DNA of 63,737 bases, counting the filler, from Calcarisporiella thermophila CBS 279.70 (Eukaryota > Fungi > Calcarisporiellomycota): the NCBI RefSeq assembly GCF_041956535.1. It is 11 parts of 11 records of this genome, joined end to end, with 100 filler letters (N's around TTAATTAATTAA, not from the genome) between each part and the next. Parts side by side here need not be neighbours in the genome. Positions count along the whole stretch, not along the records: positions 1 to 29,408 come from NW_027192217.1; positions 29,509 to 31,664 come from NW_027192296.1; positions 31,765 to 37,770 come from NW_027192252.1; positions 37,871 to 41,037 come from NW_027192264.1; 7 more parts are not named here. One strand, 5' to 3'. Made by a program: the position numbers and the translations under genes. Below, one piece after another: positions 27,480-38,840 of this stretch. Position 1 is the stretch's first letter. Each line of letters begins with the position of its first letter. Under the pieces are notes generated by a model, which saw only the letters and a list, made by a program, of their open reading frames with translations, made no database searches and had not been told where the DNA came from.

Positions 27480-29289
27480 TCAAATCCTCTTAAATTTTAT
27501 GCGAATGCCCATAATATGCGTAATAAAGGTACCCATCAAAGAAGGCAGCCCATCTCTCCCAGCACTGTCTGCGGCTAACTCCCATCGATATTGCCTCACT
27601 TTCAAAAAATAGAAATGGTTTAATATGATCACATAAATAGGCTACACTTTTGACCTAATAAGCACTTACGTAACATCGATATTATTACCTTCATTTCTAC
27701 CATTGACATCCCCAACCCTACACAATTCCTCGCCCCAATCGAAAAAGGCCAAAAATGGCTCTCTAACTGCTTTCTATCTCCTTCTTCCCATCTTTCCGGG
27801 CGAAATACGTCTACATCTTCGCCCCAAACTGCAGCGTCGCGATGCATCCCCCATATGTGCACTTGCACCGTGGATCCTCGGGGTATCATATATTCACCCA
27901 GCTGATAATTTCTAACAGCTTTGCGCTCTCCAAGCATCACTACTGGTGGCACTAACCGTAGTGCTTCTCGTATAATATTGGCAAGATAAGCTAGTTGTGC
28001 TTGCTCTTCAAACGTTGGAATTTCATCACTGATGGCAGAAAATACCTCAGCTCGAGATTTATCTTGGTATTCGGGATGCAACGCAAGATAGTATACAATT
28101 GTGACAAGCGCAGAAGCTGTGGTATCATTGCCTGCAATAAAGAAGAGAATGAGATTATCCCGCACCTCTCGTTCGGAAAGTTTCATTTGAGAATTCTCCT
28201 CTTCGTTATTAGCAAGCAGCATTAGTGTTAGAAGATCAGCCTTCCGACGGTCTATTTCCATTGACTTTTCTAATTCACGGCGTCTCTCGAATATGAGGTG
28301 AAAGAGCATATTATCAAATTCATCAAGGTGATGATAGACCAGATGACGTTTGGAATATGGAAGCTTATCGAGCATTGGGAGAATAAAGAACAACGGGTTG
28401 TTTCCGTCTAGAATAAAAGGTATGGTTCAGATTTAGCAAACTGTTTGGAATACAATCACTTACTCATTAGATTGCGATACGTGATTACGAGCGGGTTATC
28501 CTGATCCTTAAGCGCTCGAAAATGAACGCCAAATAAAGCATTTCCAAGCCCATCCAAGGTTAATCTATACTTGTTGTTATGGTGAATAAAAAAGATAAAT
28601 GAACAGGAGCATAGGAATAGCAAGAATTAATCTCACCTTGTAAACGCGTCCAAAACATCCAAATTATCAGGATTTGTATCAATAATGCCTTGGAGATCAT
28701 AGAAGCACTCCGCGAAGAGGCGCGTGTTCCAGTTTCGATGGAAGGCCGTATTTATGACTTTAAAACTCAATAATAACTCAATAAAGGTATAAAATAGAGA
28801 TTTTACTTCTTCGGTGTCGCTTCCAGGTCTCGCCATTCACAAAAGCCATATTATCACCCATTAGTTTTGCGAAAAAACTTTTAGGAGATTGTTCTAACAA
28901 GTTCATTTTTGGGAAAGATTCCGGGTGCATTAGTATCTCCCTTGCTAATACTCTATCCCATAGAATGACATGAGGCGCCCCCAATAAGTTATACTAAATA
29001 TTTGTATATGATATTAGAAAACGGGGCGGAAATTGTAAGCGTGAATAAGTGAATACTCTACACGAACAGCCTTTACGCCCCTGGCACATGCATACATACG
29101 GTTCCATACCTCATTATGAGGTGTTCCTTTTGCTTTGGATATTAGAATATACAAACCAGAGATTAACGGGATCCGACGAAAATTACGCGGGAGCAATAAT
29201 TCCAAATAGATTGCGAGAATATAAAAGAAGAGGAACAAGAGGAATAAATGCCAGTATTCAAAGATCAAATTCAAGGATTTCGCTCTCAT
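27480..29289 (-). CDS. Cytochrome P450, multi-exon
   Basis: N-terminal TM anchor, WKRHR, I-helix AGNDTT, EALR, FRPERW, heme motif FSIGARNCVG. Confidence 0.93.
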
Positions 29290-29408
29290 TTTTTAAAATA
29301 TAGATCTTTTAGGCGTTTACTCTTGTGAGAAAAAAAGTCGAAAAAAGGGTCTGAGTTTCAAATAAGAGATACGCTAAATACTCTTTTTAGAGATATAGAG
29401 CAAGTCTT

Positions 29409-29508
29409 NNNNNNNNNNNNNNNNNNNNNNNNNNNNNNNNNNNNNNNNNNNNTTAATTAATTAANNNNNNNNNNNNNNNNNNNNNNNNNNNNNNNNNNNN
29501 NNNNNNNN
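29409..29508. other. Artificial contig linker (N44-TTAATTAATTAA-N44). Also at 31665, 37771, 41038, 44786, 48905, 51386, 55576, 59133 and 61835, each 100 nt
   Basis: Ten identical spacers whose 12-mer gives stop codons in all six frames. Confidence 0.98.
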
Positions 29509-31196
29509 AAAACTCCTTCATTGGTTTTGAATAATTTAATAACAGTGAATAGTTTTGAAAGAGGTCTCAGCGTTACTATAATATTGGCGAGGGGTTTATA
29601 TGGGCCAAGCTTTTGCATATGAAATTATTTCCCCGTACTTTTATAGAAAGCCTTCGAGTGGCAGAAAATTGTTCTCTCCATGGGCAAAGGGATTTTTCAT
29701 ATAAATTGACAGCCAACAGGCACAAGAGAGTAAAACCACGACCTTAAACAAGCGCTCAGCATTTCCGATTTTAGAACCTCTTCATATAGTCTCTCTCGGT
29801 GGAAGTGGCTAGGTCTCACCATCGCCGCAAAAAGAGTTCATATACACCTGTATATGAACTCTCATTTTCCAAAAATCATTTTTTAAACTATCCATTTAAG
29901 CAATTCACTTATGCAGGTGCCTATTGATGCAAAGCTGAGCTATCTACTTGATATCATGCTGGTTACTTTGGATTCGAATAAAAGCACCATGAAATAAGCA
30001 TAAGAAAGCAACTAATTAGAACCCCCGATGACTATCCGGTGTTTCGCATTCGAAAACTTTATAACCACCTTCTAACTAATGTTTAAAAAAATCATAACCA
30101 GCGTCAATGACAGCCTTAAAGATTAAAAAGGAAAATTCCCTCTTGCCATATTTGAGTCTAGAGATATAAACTGAGTGGCAAACTAAACCTATCAATAGTG
30201 ATGACATAGAGTCCATGGAAGCTGGGCCATTTGTCATCGCCCTAGGTTGACGAAGTCCTATTCGCCTTTCACACCATCAACCCATACATCACAGCTCACT
30301 TGGTGTCATTTTCTGGCCTAAGGGTCATGCCACGGACTTCTTTAGACTCCGAAATATTTAAGACAACCTGCATGCTTATTAATGTTACCTGAGAGGAGCC
30401 CTTTGCAAGAGTGCCTTCTCCTCTCCCCTCTCCCACTTCTAACTAAGACTATCATTAAGAGGCGGAGTAAGATACAGAGGGAATAGAGCTTTCAAGAAAA
30501 ACAGGAGAGTTCATTTGGCCAACACCATATCCACCAAAAGGTGAACAAGAAATATCCAACTTTGCATCTGACTAATTCGATGCTAAAACAAAAAGTGTGC
30601 AGCACACAGTTAAATTCATCTATATTAGATGTTTTCAGTTTAGTATCTGGCGATCCCAATTACTAATAGCATAGATATTGTCAAAAGTGCCTTACGATTA
30701 TACAGGCTTGAATGATTGAGTCATATTCAAAGGAAATAATATATTTCAATGGAAGACTACATATTTGGGAATATCAAATGAATCACACCACTTTTAATCG
30801 CCTTTATATTACAGCTTTTGTGCATAGAGCGCAGCCTGATTGGATGTGACATACACCACATGTATACCTTGCTTTCGTATTCTCATTGTGGAGACTGGTT
30901 CGGAATATCATACTCGGGAAATCTTAGCTGTAAAGTAGAGAGCCAACAACCATGGGATTGCCGTACCTCTTTCACCGAAATTTTCCTGCCCTAATTTTTT
31001 CGGTTGAAGATCACATCAAATTGGGCTCGTGTTGACTAGGAAACAAAAAAACGCCTGTAGAAAACAAGCTTATCCATACAAAATAGTAGATACAATAGGG
31101 CATTTATAGAGTAGAGTAAAAATATAATTCTAAATCCCCTAGCGAAACTAGACTACAAAGACATGGTAAATAAGACTATTGTAGGAGGAGTTTAAG

Positions 31197-31664
31197 TTAA
31201 GCACGTTTGGGGATGGTTTTGTTGATAATATCCTCAGTGATATCCCAGAGCTTCTTCGCAAGATCATTATCTAGAGCTTGGGAAGTCGGGTGCGAGACTT
31301 TGCCAATGGGAGTGATATACTGACCGTGGATATCTCTCTCCACTATCTGTGGGCTGGTGGCGGCATAAAGCTGGGTGAGAGAGCCTCTATCCGTGTTCAT
31401 CCCGATGAAGTTGTACGAAAAATCAACCAGCGCCCGGAGAGGCGTCGTTCGCGTCAATTCACTCTTCACAAATCCCGGATGAACAGCGTTCACCCTAACG
31501 TCTTTCACTCCTCTCTCGCGCAGTATCCGATCGAGTTCTCGTGCAAAGAGCAAATTAGCCAGCTTCGAATAAGAATAATAAAGATATCGGCTATAGTTAG
31601 CCGGATTGTTGATATAGTTTGGCTCGTAGCTGAACTTATGCAATTGCGCGGCTCTATGGGCAAA
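31197..31664 (-). CDS. Short-chain dehydrogenase/reductase (retinol dehydrogenase-like), 3' part truncated by contig end
   Basis: YSYSKLAN (YxxxK), VHPGFVKSEL, LTQLYAATSP, LAKKLW. Confidence 0.88.
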   Translation of the reverse strand, partial: FAHRAAQLHKFSYEPNYINNPANYSRYLYYSYSKLANLLFARELDRILRERGVKDVRVNAVHPGFVKSELTRTTPLRALVDFSYNFIGMNTDRGSLTQLYAATSPQIVERDIHGQYITPIGKVSHPTSQALDNDLAKKLWDITEDIINKTIPKRA

Positions 31665-31764
31665 NNNNNNNNNNNNNNNNNNNNNNNNNNNNNNNNNNNN
31701 NNNNNNNNTTAATTAATTAANNNNNNNNNNNNNNNNNNNNNNNNNNNNNNNNNNNNNNNNNNNN

Positions 31765-32172
31765 ATCGGGACCGAATCGCCTACCATTTCGAATGCATTC
31801 GAGCATCACCCGAGACAATCATCCTCCGTGCCAAAATGGACATCGAGGAGGCTATCGGAGGTGAACTGATAAAGGCACGTAAAAGACGAGAGATAGAGTT
31901 ATTCCGAAGAAGATGGTGCAGTCAGGGGGCGGTAATAGAAAGTTCGGATAGAGCAAGACTAAAACTGGAGTGACGAAGCAACCCTTCCTCTCTCCCTATC
32001 CGCTCTCTCCCTCCTCCCCTCCTTTTACTTCATACCTTTCACCAAATACCCGATCACAATATACATCTAACTTACCCTTTATTCCCCCCTTTCTTATTTC
32101 ATTGAAATTATTAAACTCTTGTAAGCTATGGAAACTAATAAAAATCTCCGTTGATTGATCAAAAAAAAAAAA
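31765..32172 (+). mobile_element. L1/Tx1-type LINE 3' end (ORF2 tail, pyrimidine-rich UTR, A-tail)
   Basis: Frame ending ...KARKRREIELFRRRWCSQG...LKLE*, then a C/T-rich tract and A12 at 32161-32172. Confidence 0.6.
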
Positions 32173-32749
32173 GACACGAAAGTGTAGCCTCTTTGAATGT
32201 GCGAGAATTGGAGATCTGTGGAGGTGGTTTAACAGGCTCCATCAAAAGATCCTCGATAAGCCCTGGACAAGCATGCACAAGTACAAGAAACTCTTCGGAT
32301 TCCACGAGGAGACACAGGGCAAAAGATCGACAAGTCTCCATGTTGTTACACGACATCATGGTGTGGAGTATACATAAGACTAGGATTGCAATTGTAATGG
32401 ACAACCAAGAACACGAGGACATCGCATTCAAGTGTACCTTTTTGTCAGAACTTATCATAGCAATCAAAGGACAATGGATACAGGCACAGAGGAAAAAAGA
32501 CGAAGAAGGGTTCAAGCAAAAATGGGGAAATAGCTCGCTGATCCGGATCGATGACAGCCAAGAAGTAACCTTCGATTTCGAGGAAGCCAAGAATACTTAA
32601 TCCGACATTTCCAAGCACGGAACTCTTTATACTATATCCCATGTTCTTCTAGTACTCAATAACCCTGTCCGAAAGCACATCTCACATTTGTAATATATAT
32701 TAAATAAACCACAGGACGCAAGTTCCCGCGTCCTTAGAGGAAAAAAAAA
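32173..32749 (+). mobile_element. Second L1/Tx1-type LINE 3' end
   Basis: Degenerate zinc-knuckle remnant (ESVA..LFEC), VWSIHKTR, EGFKQKW, a 3' hairpin GGACGC/GCGTCC and an A9 tail. Confidence 0.62.
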
Positions 32750-33388
32750 CGAGAGTGTAGCACATTTGATCAAAAAAAAAAAAGCCTCGAGAGTGTAGCA
32801 CGAGTGTAGCGTAAGGTGAAGGGGCAATATTCGCGAGTATCATGACGAAAATAACGTGATAGCACGACATGTATAACAAGGATTTCGACACCCTTAATAT
32901 CCTCTCGATTTCGTTATTTCTCTTACTTTTACGTATAACTTTTCTTGACTTATTTAAACCCTTCAATTTATTTTAATGTTCTATACCAATTCTCTGAACT
33001 ATAAAGATAAATTTTCTTATTTTATCAAGATCCGGACACCCCTCCACACAAAACTCCTTTCGCCCGTAACATGATATTGTCATAATTTGAGTCACATATC
33101 AAGCTATACGATATTCAAGCTCCGACATTAAGTAGGAACTAGTTATAACCCAGTATTCCTTAGCTTTATTAGTTAGCAGGTTAAATAGTTATTAAATCTT
33201 ATAGTATAAAAGGAACACTCTAATGGGAACTTGTAGGATACATACCTTGTTCTTGAATAAACCTATAGTTTTACTTATGTTCCCCGAGTATCCCCTAGTT
33301 ATCTCGCTCTAGTTTATGACAATATTTTGGAAAAAAATTTAATGTTGATCGGGCAATAATAACAGCAGTCACAATTTTTTTTTTTTTA

Positions 33389-34015
33389 GTGGGACCTGAT
33401 ACTACAGAGAGCAGGATATCCTTGTTGCCACCATGCCCTTTTATCCCGGAAGAAGGCACCTTTACTCTGCTGTGGATTCCTTTCAATACCAAGCACATCT
33501 TTCCGCCCATGTCATTCTACGAACAACTGTTGGAGAAGTTAGAGAAAACAGTTAAAACCTGGAAATCACGCTCAATATCCCTCCTAGGAAAAGTTTTGTT
33601 TGTTAACTCTAAACTTTTGTCCAAGATCTGGTACCTAGCCTATCTCATTCCCTTTAAACAAGACTTCTTTGATAGAGTTTCCCGGATAGTCCAGCAATTC
33701 CTCTGGGGAGGGTGCCGCTCGCAAATCGAGAGAAATCTCCTAGAACAACCAAAGGGTTTTGGTCTGGGATTAATTGACCCAAAACACCAATTTACAGCCT
33801 TCCTTGCCTCCTGGATCCAAAGAATCCACAATGCACAAAGAGAAGGCATACCGCCGCCATGGTATCACTTAGCCACCCATATTCTTACGAAACACTACAT
33901 CCCGAACCAGTTAGGCCTAGAAATACTCACAACCGACTACGGCAAACAGAAGCTGATGAGAAAAGATGGCATCTGGCTAAGCATATACCATGCGTGGCGA
34001 ATAATGCGAGCGTAA
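33389..34015 (+). mobile_element. L1/Tx1-type LINE ORF2 internal fragment (post-RT region)
   Basis: WKSRSISLLGKVLFVNSKLLSKIWY, FLWGG, KGFGLGL are typical of L1-clade ORF2. Confidence 0.82.
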
Positions 34016-35063
34016 ACTCTACGTTTCAAATGAATGGAAAGGGAAATAAAAGGAAAACGCCTTCTTGGTGCCTGTTAGTGATTATCTTTGAAACCGAATT
34101 GCTAGGGTAAGGATCTGATATCTGTACACACTACCACAAAAAGACTTTTGGAGTTTCTGCCTGGCCCTATTGATAATACATACCAAAAGCCATTTAAAAG
34201 GATAATTAAATTGCTAAGCCAAAGGTTGACTTTGGTAGAGAGGAGTTAGGGTCTGTCAAGTTTTAGTAATCTTATCAGATTTCAAATAGGACAATTTGGA
34301 AATTGGCTCTAAAACCAATAGTCACATATGAGAAATTCATTATCTAAGCATCATCATAAATGAAAACTTTATTAAGCGTCAAAATCAAATGTGACACAAA
34401 TATTCTATATTGAAACTTTTTACCATGGAAAAATACTCGTATCTCTGCTAAGGCTTAGGCTTCATTTAGCTTAAATCTATCCAATGTAGAAATATGGCTC
34501 GGTATCTTAGCAACATTCAAAATCATTTTTGTTTCACGAATTGAAGCAAATGCCCTACCTACAATTTGGTATTCAACTATTATACTTTGCTCTAGTAAAA
34601 TAAAATATATGGCAAATATTTATTAATCAAAAGATTTTACTAGAAAGGCTAAGAAATGTTCTCAATTGATTTTGACCTATTTATCGTCCCTTCATTCTAT
34701 TTCGTGTATATATATAAAGAAAACGTAAACATTAGCTTTATCAATAACTGTCTAAATCCTAATTTAAGGTCGGCCTTTCGGATATCTCGACAAGTCACAA
34801 GCTTTTTGTACCCCTGTGGATTAACTTTTATGTATACAATGACCCATCGTTAATTTTTCGTTGTGACAGCACTTGTATATAAAATGTTCCTTGATTTCCC
34901 GAGCATCCCCCAACGGTATCCCCTTATAAATTACATTTCTTTCTTTTTCAATGCTAAATATCAATAGTATAGATAATTTGAGCGACCAATAATCGCATTC
35001 TCTTTTGATAAGTTAACCAACAATATAGACCTTTCTATAATAATCCCCACTCCTATATTCATA

Positions 35064-35996
35064 ATGTCTGGACAAAAGGATACTAAGTCATTTGCTGTCG
35101 ACTTCTTGATGGGTGGCGTCTCTGCCGCTGTTTCTAAGACCGCTGCTGCTCCCATTGAGCGAGTTAAACTCTTGATCCAAAATCAGGGCGAAATGATTAA
35201 GCAGGGTCGTCTCTCAACTCCCTATAAGAGTATTGGTGAATGCTTCTCTCGCACGATTAAGGAGGAGGGCATCTATTCATTATGGCGAGGAAATCTTGCT
35301 AATGTTATTCGTTACTTTCCCACCCAAGCTCTCAATCTTGCATTCAAGGATTACTTCAAGAACATGCTTGGCTACAAAAAAGACAAGGATGGTTACTGGA
35401 AATGGCTTGCCGGTAATTTGGCTTCTGGTGGTGCGGCCGGTGCTGTCTCACTTAGTTTCGTCTTTTCACTCGACTACGCTCGTACTCGCCTGGCTAACGA
35501 TGCTAAGTCTGCTAAACATGGGGGAGAGCGCCAGTTCAATGGCCTTATTGATGTATATCGCAAAACTCTTAAATCCGATGGTATCTTTGGTCTCTACCGT
35601 GGATTCAATCTCTCCTGTCTTGGCATTATCGTATACCGAGGCTTATATTTTGGTATGTACGACTCGCTGAAGCCCGTCATTCTAGTTGGCCCTCTCGAGG
35701 ACAATTTCCTTGCCTCATTCCTCCTTGGTTGGGGTGTTACTATTACTGGAGGACTAGCTGCTTATCCAATCGATACTGTCCGTCGACGTATGATGATGAC
35801 CTCTGGCGAGGCTGTGAAATACAAGTCTTCATTCCATGCCTTCCAGCAAATTATTGCAAAGGAGGGAACCAAGTCACTTTTCAAGGGTGCAGGTGCTAAC
35901 ATTCTTCGTGCCGTTGCTGGTGCTGGTGTTCTCGCTGGTTACGATCAATTGCAGTTGATCTTTTTCGGAAAGAAGTATTCTGGGGGTTCTGGCTAA
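35064..35996 (+). CDS. AAC: Mitochondrial ADP/ATP carrier
   Basis: [38 protein letters not shown] signature. CDS is intronless; probable 5'UTR intron 34916-34967 and TATA near 34876. Confidence 0.97.
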   Translation: MSGQKDTKSFAVDFLMGGVSAAVSKTAAAPIERVKLLIQNQGEMIKQGRLSTPYKSIGECFSRTIKEEGIYSLWRGNLANVIRYFPTQALNLAFKDYFKNMLGYKKDKDGYWKWLAGNLASGGAAGAVSLSFVFSLDYARTRLANDAKSAKHGGERQFNGLIDVYRKTLKSDGIFGLYRGFNLSCLGIIVYRGLYFGMYDSLKPVILVGPLEDNFLASFLLGWGVTITGGLAAYPIDTVRRRMMMTSGEAVKYKSSFHAFQQIIAKEGTKSLFKGAGANILRAVAGAGVLAGYDQLQLIFFGKKYSGGSG

Positions 35997-36367
35997 GAGA
36001 TCATTGTAAATGATTAAATGTTATATTTGTCCTTAGATTTAAAAGAATCTATTTAGTGATTTATTTTTACAATAAATTTGGAAACATTTCGATACATATG
36101 CGAATGTAATTCCTTAAGCATCATAAATTTGTGCTGAGATAAACTGTATGAAAAAAGAGACGCCGATTAACTTTTGTATAATTACCACTTTTATTTTATA
36201 GCAATATAAGAAAAGAATAATATAAAAGATTATAAAATAAGAAGCTAAAAATGTCTACAAAATATAACAGAGGATCGTAGTTAAATAGAAGTAGAACATA
36301 ATTAATGTAAACCATACCTGCATCTTATGATATAAACTGCTTTTAAAGAAATTTTTTATCTGATCGC

Positions 36368-37770
36368 GGAATCGAACCATAAAGTTTTTATTTTTTAAGT
36401 TTGTGACATCAAAGATTGTTGTTAACTTGGCCAGGTTTAGTCACTTCTTCTCGTGAGAGAGTATATATGGAAGAATATAAAAGAAAAGATATAAAATAGT
36501 AGATATATAGGCACTTGAGCTTCGGTCGGAGTGGGTGGGGGTTGAGGGGTGGCAAGGACCTGCGAGATCTCTCTCAGGGCCCCTCTTGAGGGCCCCGCAT
36601 CGAGAGGAGGGTGTTTGTCAGTTCCTCTGTATCCTTCCTGATGAGCCTTCGCCTGCTCTGGTTTCTTTCCAGCTCAGTGAGGGCTGGGGCGGGGGGCTCA
36701 CTTTCTCTGGCTGTCTCGCGCTGGCTCCTATCCTTGTCCTGGCTCAGGGTATTAAACTCGAGGTTCGGGTTGTAGCCAAAGAAGTTGGCTAGTTCCATCG
36801 CGCTCGTGTGCTCTACTGGCAGGGCGTTCGAGGTCGCGTTCGACTTCTCATTTTGCGCTTCGCGATGGCGCACCCAAACTGCCACTTCCGAGGCTCGGAG
36901 CACCTCGGGTATGACCCTTCTAGTGGGGAGCACTCGTGATGTGCGAGCCGTGGTCCTAGAGCTGCGCCTCGTCGAGCGACGGGGGGAGGAGGGGGTTTCG
37001 ATCTACGATGATCGCTAACTCCATCCCCATCAATCGGGATTCCGTCACCATCTTCGAGCCGGACCCCAGGAAAATTGGTATCAATCAATTCCCCTCTATC
37101 AGGAGAATCGATTGGCATGCTTGTCGAGTGCAAAAATAAAACTTTTATATATAAAAAAGTCAAAAAACTACTCCGAATCGGGGAATCGAACCATAATACT
37201 TTTATTTCTTTTGTGACATCAAAGACAACTGTAATATAGAGATCTAGTCTAGTCACACCTTCTCGAGAGGGGGAGCCTCAAGGGAGAACCGGGGGGCGAG
37301 AAAGCGAAGGAAGTGGTCATTTGTAGAGAAGGAAGTAGGCCAAATCCAATAAGTAAATTAATAAAAGGGTGATGAAGTGGTCGTTGGTGGATGAGAAAGT
37401 AGACCAAATCATATAGATATGGAGTATATCTAATATTAGAAGAAGGAGATGAAATGGCCATTGGTAAATAGAGGTTGTAGCCAAGTCATGAGTAAAGGCC
37501 TCGTGGCATCAGAGACAACTATAACAAGAGAATATTGGTCTAGTCACGGTTTTGCTCAGATCGAAGTTTCATTTCGGCAGGGTAGATGGACAACAGTGAA
37601 GAGGAAGTCTGCTTTCCGGGAACTCATGAGTGCGCTTTGTCGGCTTGGCGAAGATAGCTAATGGTTGATCAAGATCTCGAGGTCGAACGTATAACAAAGG
37701 GTGCAACAAAGTCATATTGCTAGCACGAGAAAATCCCTCTACCATTATGGCCGTACTATTTTTTTCCGAC
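36368..37770 (-). mobile_element. Two tandem related element 3' ends, each abutting tRNA T-loop sequence; degenerate ORF 37117-36574
   Basis: Diverged direct repeat 36368-36455 vs 37182-37268 (GTGACTA...TGATGTCAC, AATAAA, TAT-GGTTCGATTCC on the minus strand), with pyrimidine-rich UTR-like tracts. Confidence 0.55.
37171..37192 (-). pseudogene. 3' fragment of a tRNA gene (Glu-like) with Pol III terminator
   Basis: GGTTCGATTCCCCGATTCGGAG followed by TAG-TTTTTT; the 5' two-thirds of the tRNA is absent. Confidence 0.6.
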
Positions 37771-37946
37771 NNNNNNNNNNNNNNNNNNNNNNNNNNNNNN
37801 NNNNNNNNNNNNNNTTAATTAATTAANNNNNNNNNNNNNNNNNNNNNNNNNNNNNNNNNNNNNNNNNNNNGATTTTGTTGCGCCTATTTTTCTTTTTCTT
37901 TTTCTTTTTTATTTTTCTTATATCTCCCCACCCCTCTTTACGGGAG

Positions 37947-38027
37947 GGCCAAGGAGTTGCACTTGGGAAACGACAGCTTTTTATACTCTTGATTTATTCT
38001 CAGATTTTTTCTTTATTTTTCCTTAAA
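37947..38027. repeat. About 80-bp direct repeat, copy 1 (copy 2 at 40954-41035)
   Basis: GGCCAAGGAGTTRCACTTGGGAAACGACAGCTTTTTATACTCTTGATTTATTCTCAGA... is nearly identical at both ends of the contig. Confidence 0.9.
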
Positions 38028-38226
38028 TTTCTTTAATTTTCTATGCAAATTCTCTGGAAGTAGCTCATTTGTCCAATAAAACGGCCTCATCATCGTGAAG
38101 CATGGACTACTGACTGCCTATTCCATTTATACTAAGCCGTCGCATACGCTAGGCTTAGTGCTAAATTTTACTAAAAAATCCCTAAATTTTCCGCGGAGTT
38201 TGCTTAGGGTGGCTTCTTATAGGGAT

Positions 38227-38687
38227 TATATCATTATTATTAACTTTATTTTGGCTTAGCTATTATTTTGTTATTTTCTTGTGTAATATTTATGGGAAGA
38301 TATAAGCAATATCTGATCTGAGATTTCATATTCTTTTTGGCTTTTTGTACTTATTTAATAGTCTTTATTTTCTTTTTGTTAGGGGCCGATCTCTATTTTT
38401 TACTAAGATCATCTGTCTATATTACAAATCTTGTTACACTGAGACTATGTTCTTTAAGCTATTAGTTAGAGCTAAGAGTAAGAACAATATGGTTTAGGCG
38501 CGTTTATGATATAAGCGCATTAGCTCAGTCCTCAACAAAAAGAAAATAAAGTCTATTAAATAAGAACAAAAAGCCAAAAAGAATATGAAATCCCAGATCA
38601 GATGTTGCTTATATCTTCCCATAAATATTACACAAGAAAATAACAAAATAATAGCTAAGCCAAAATAAAGTTAATTATAATGATATA
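38227..38687. mobile_element. MITE/foldback element with about 155-bp terminal inverted repeats
   Basis: 38227-38380 is the near-perfect reverse complement of 38534-38687; no internal ORF. Confidence 0.85.
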
Positions 38688-38840
38688 ATATCATATCATA
38701 AGAAAAGATGTAAGCGAGCCATCCTGTTACACCAATTCTGGTTTTCCTTGAAAAATATACACATATATAATCGATCTCTTCCATATTACATTGAAAATTA
38801 TATTGTAAAAATATATTTATTCTTCATTCCAGTTTTTCCA

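Noticed and set aside
29453-29464. Recurrent TTAATTAATTAA as a biological repeat or CRISPR-like array
   Set aside because: It is always centred in N-runs of fixed length: an assembly linker.
32156-32188. GATCA...AGTGTAG as a U2 snRNA target site
   Set aside because: The match is short and interrupted, the flanks do not continue as U2, and the motif is better explained as LINE coding sequence.
35064-35996. AAC as a LINE-generated processed retrogene
   Set aside because: A plausible 5'UTR intron (34916-34967) and TATA box are present, and there is no A-tail or TSD.
37171-37192. LTR primer-binding site
   Set aside because: There is no TGG (CCA complement) and no adjacent LTR-ending CA; a genomic-type T-run terminator follows instead.
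37213-37256. GTGAC...TGAT hairpin as a SECIS element
   Set aside because: It lacks a proper helix II and apical AA motif, and no upstream selenoprotein-like ORF is present.
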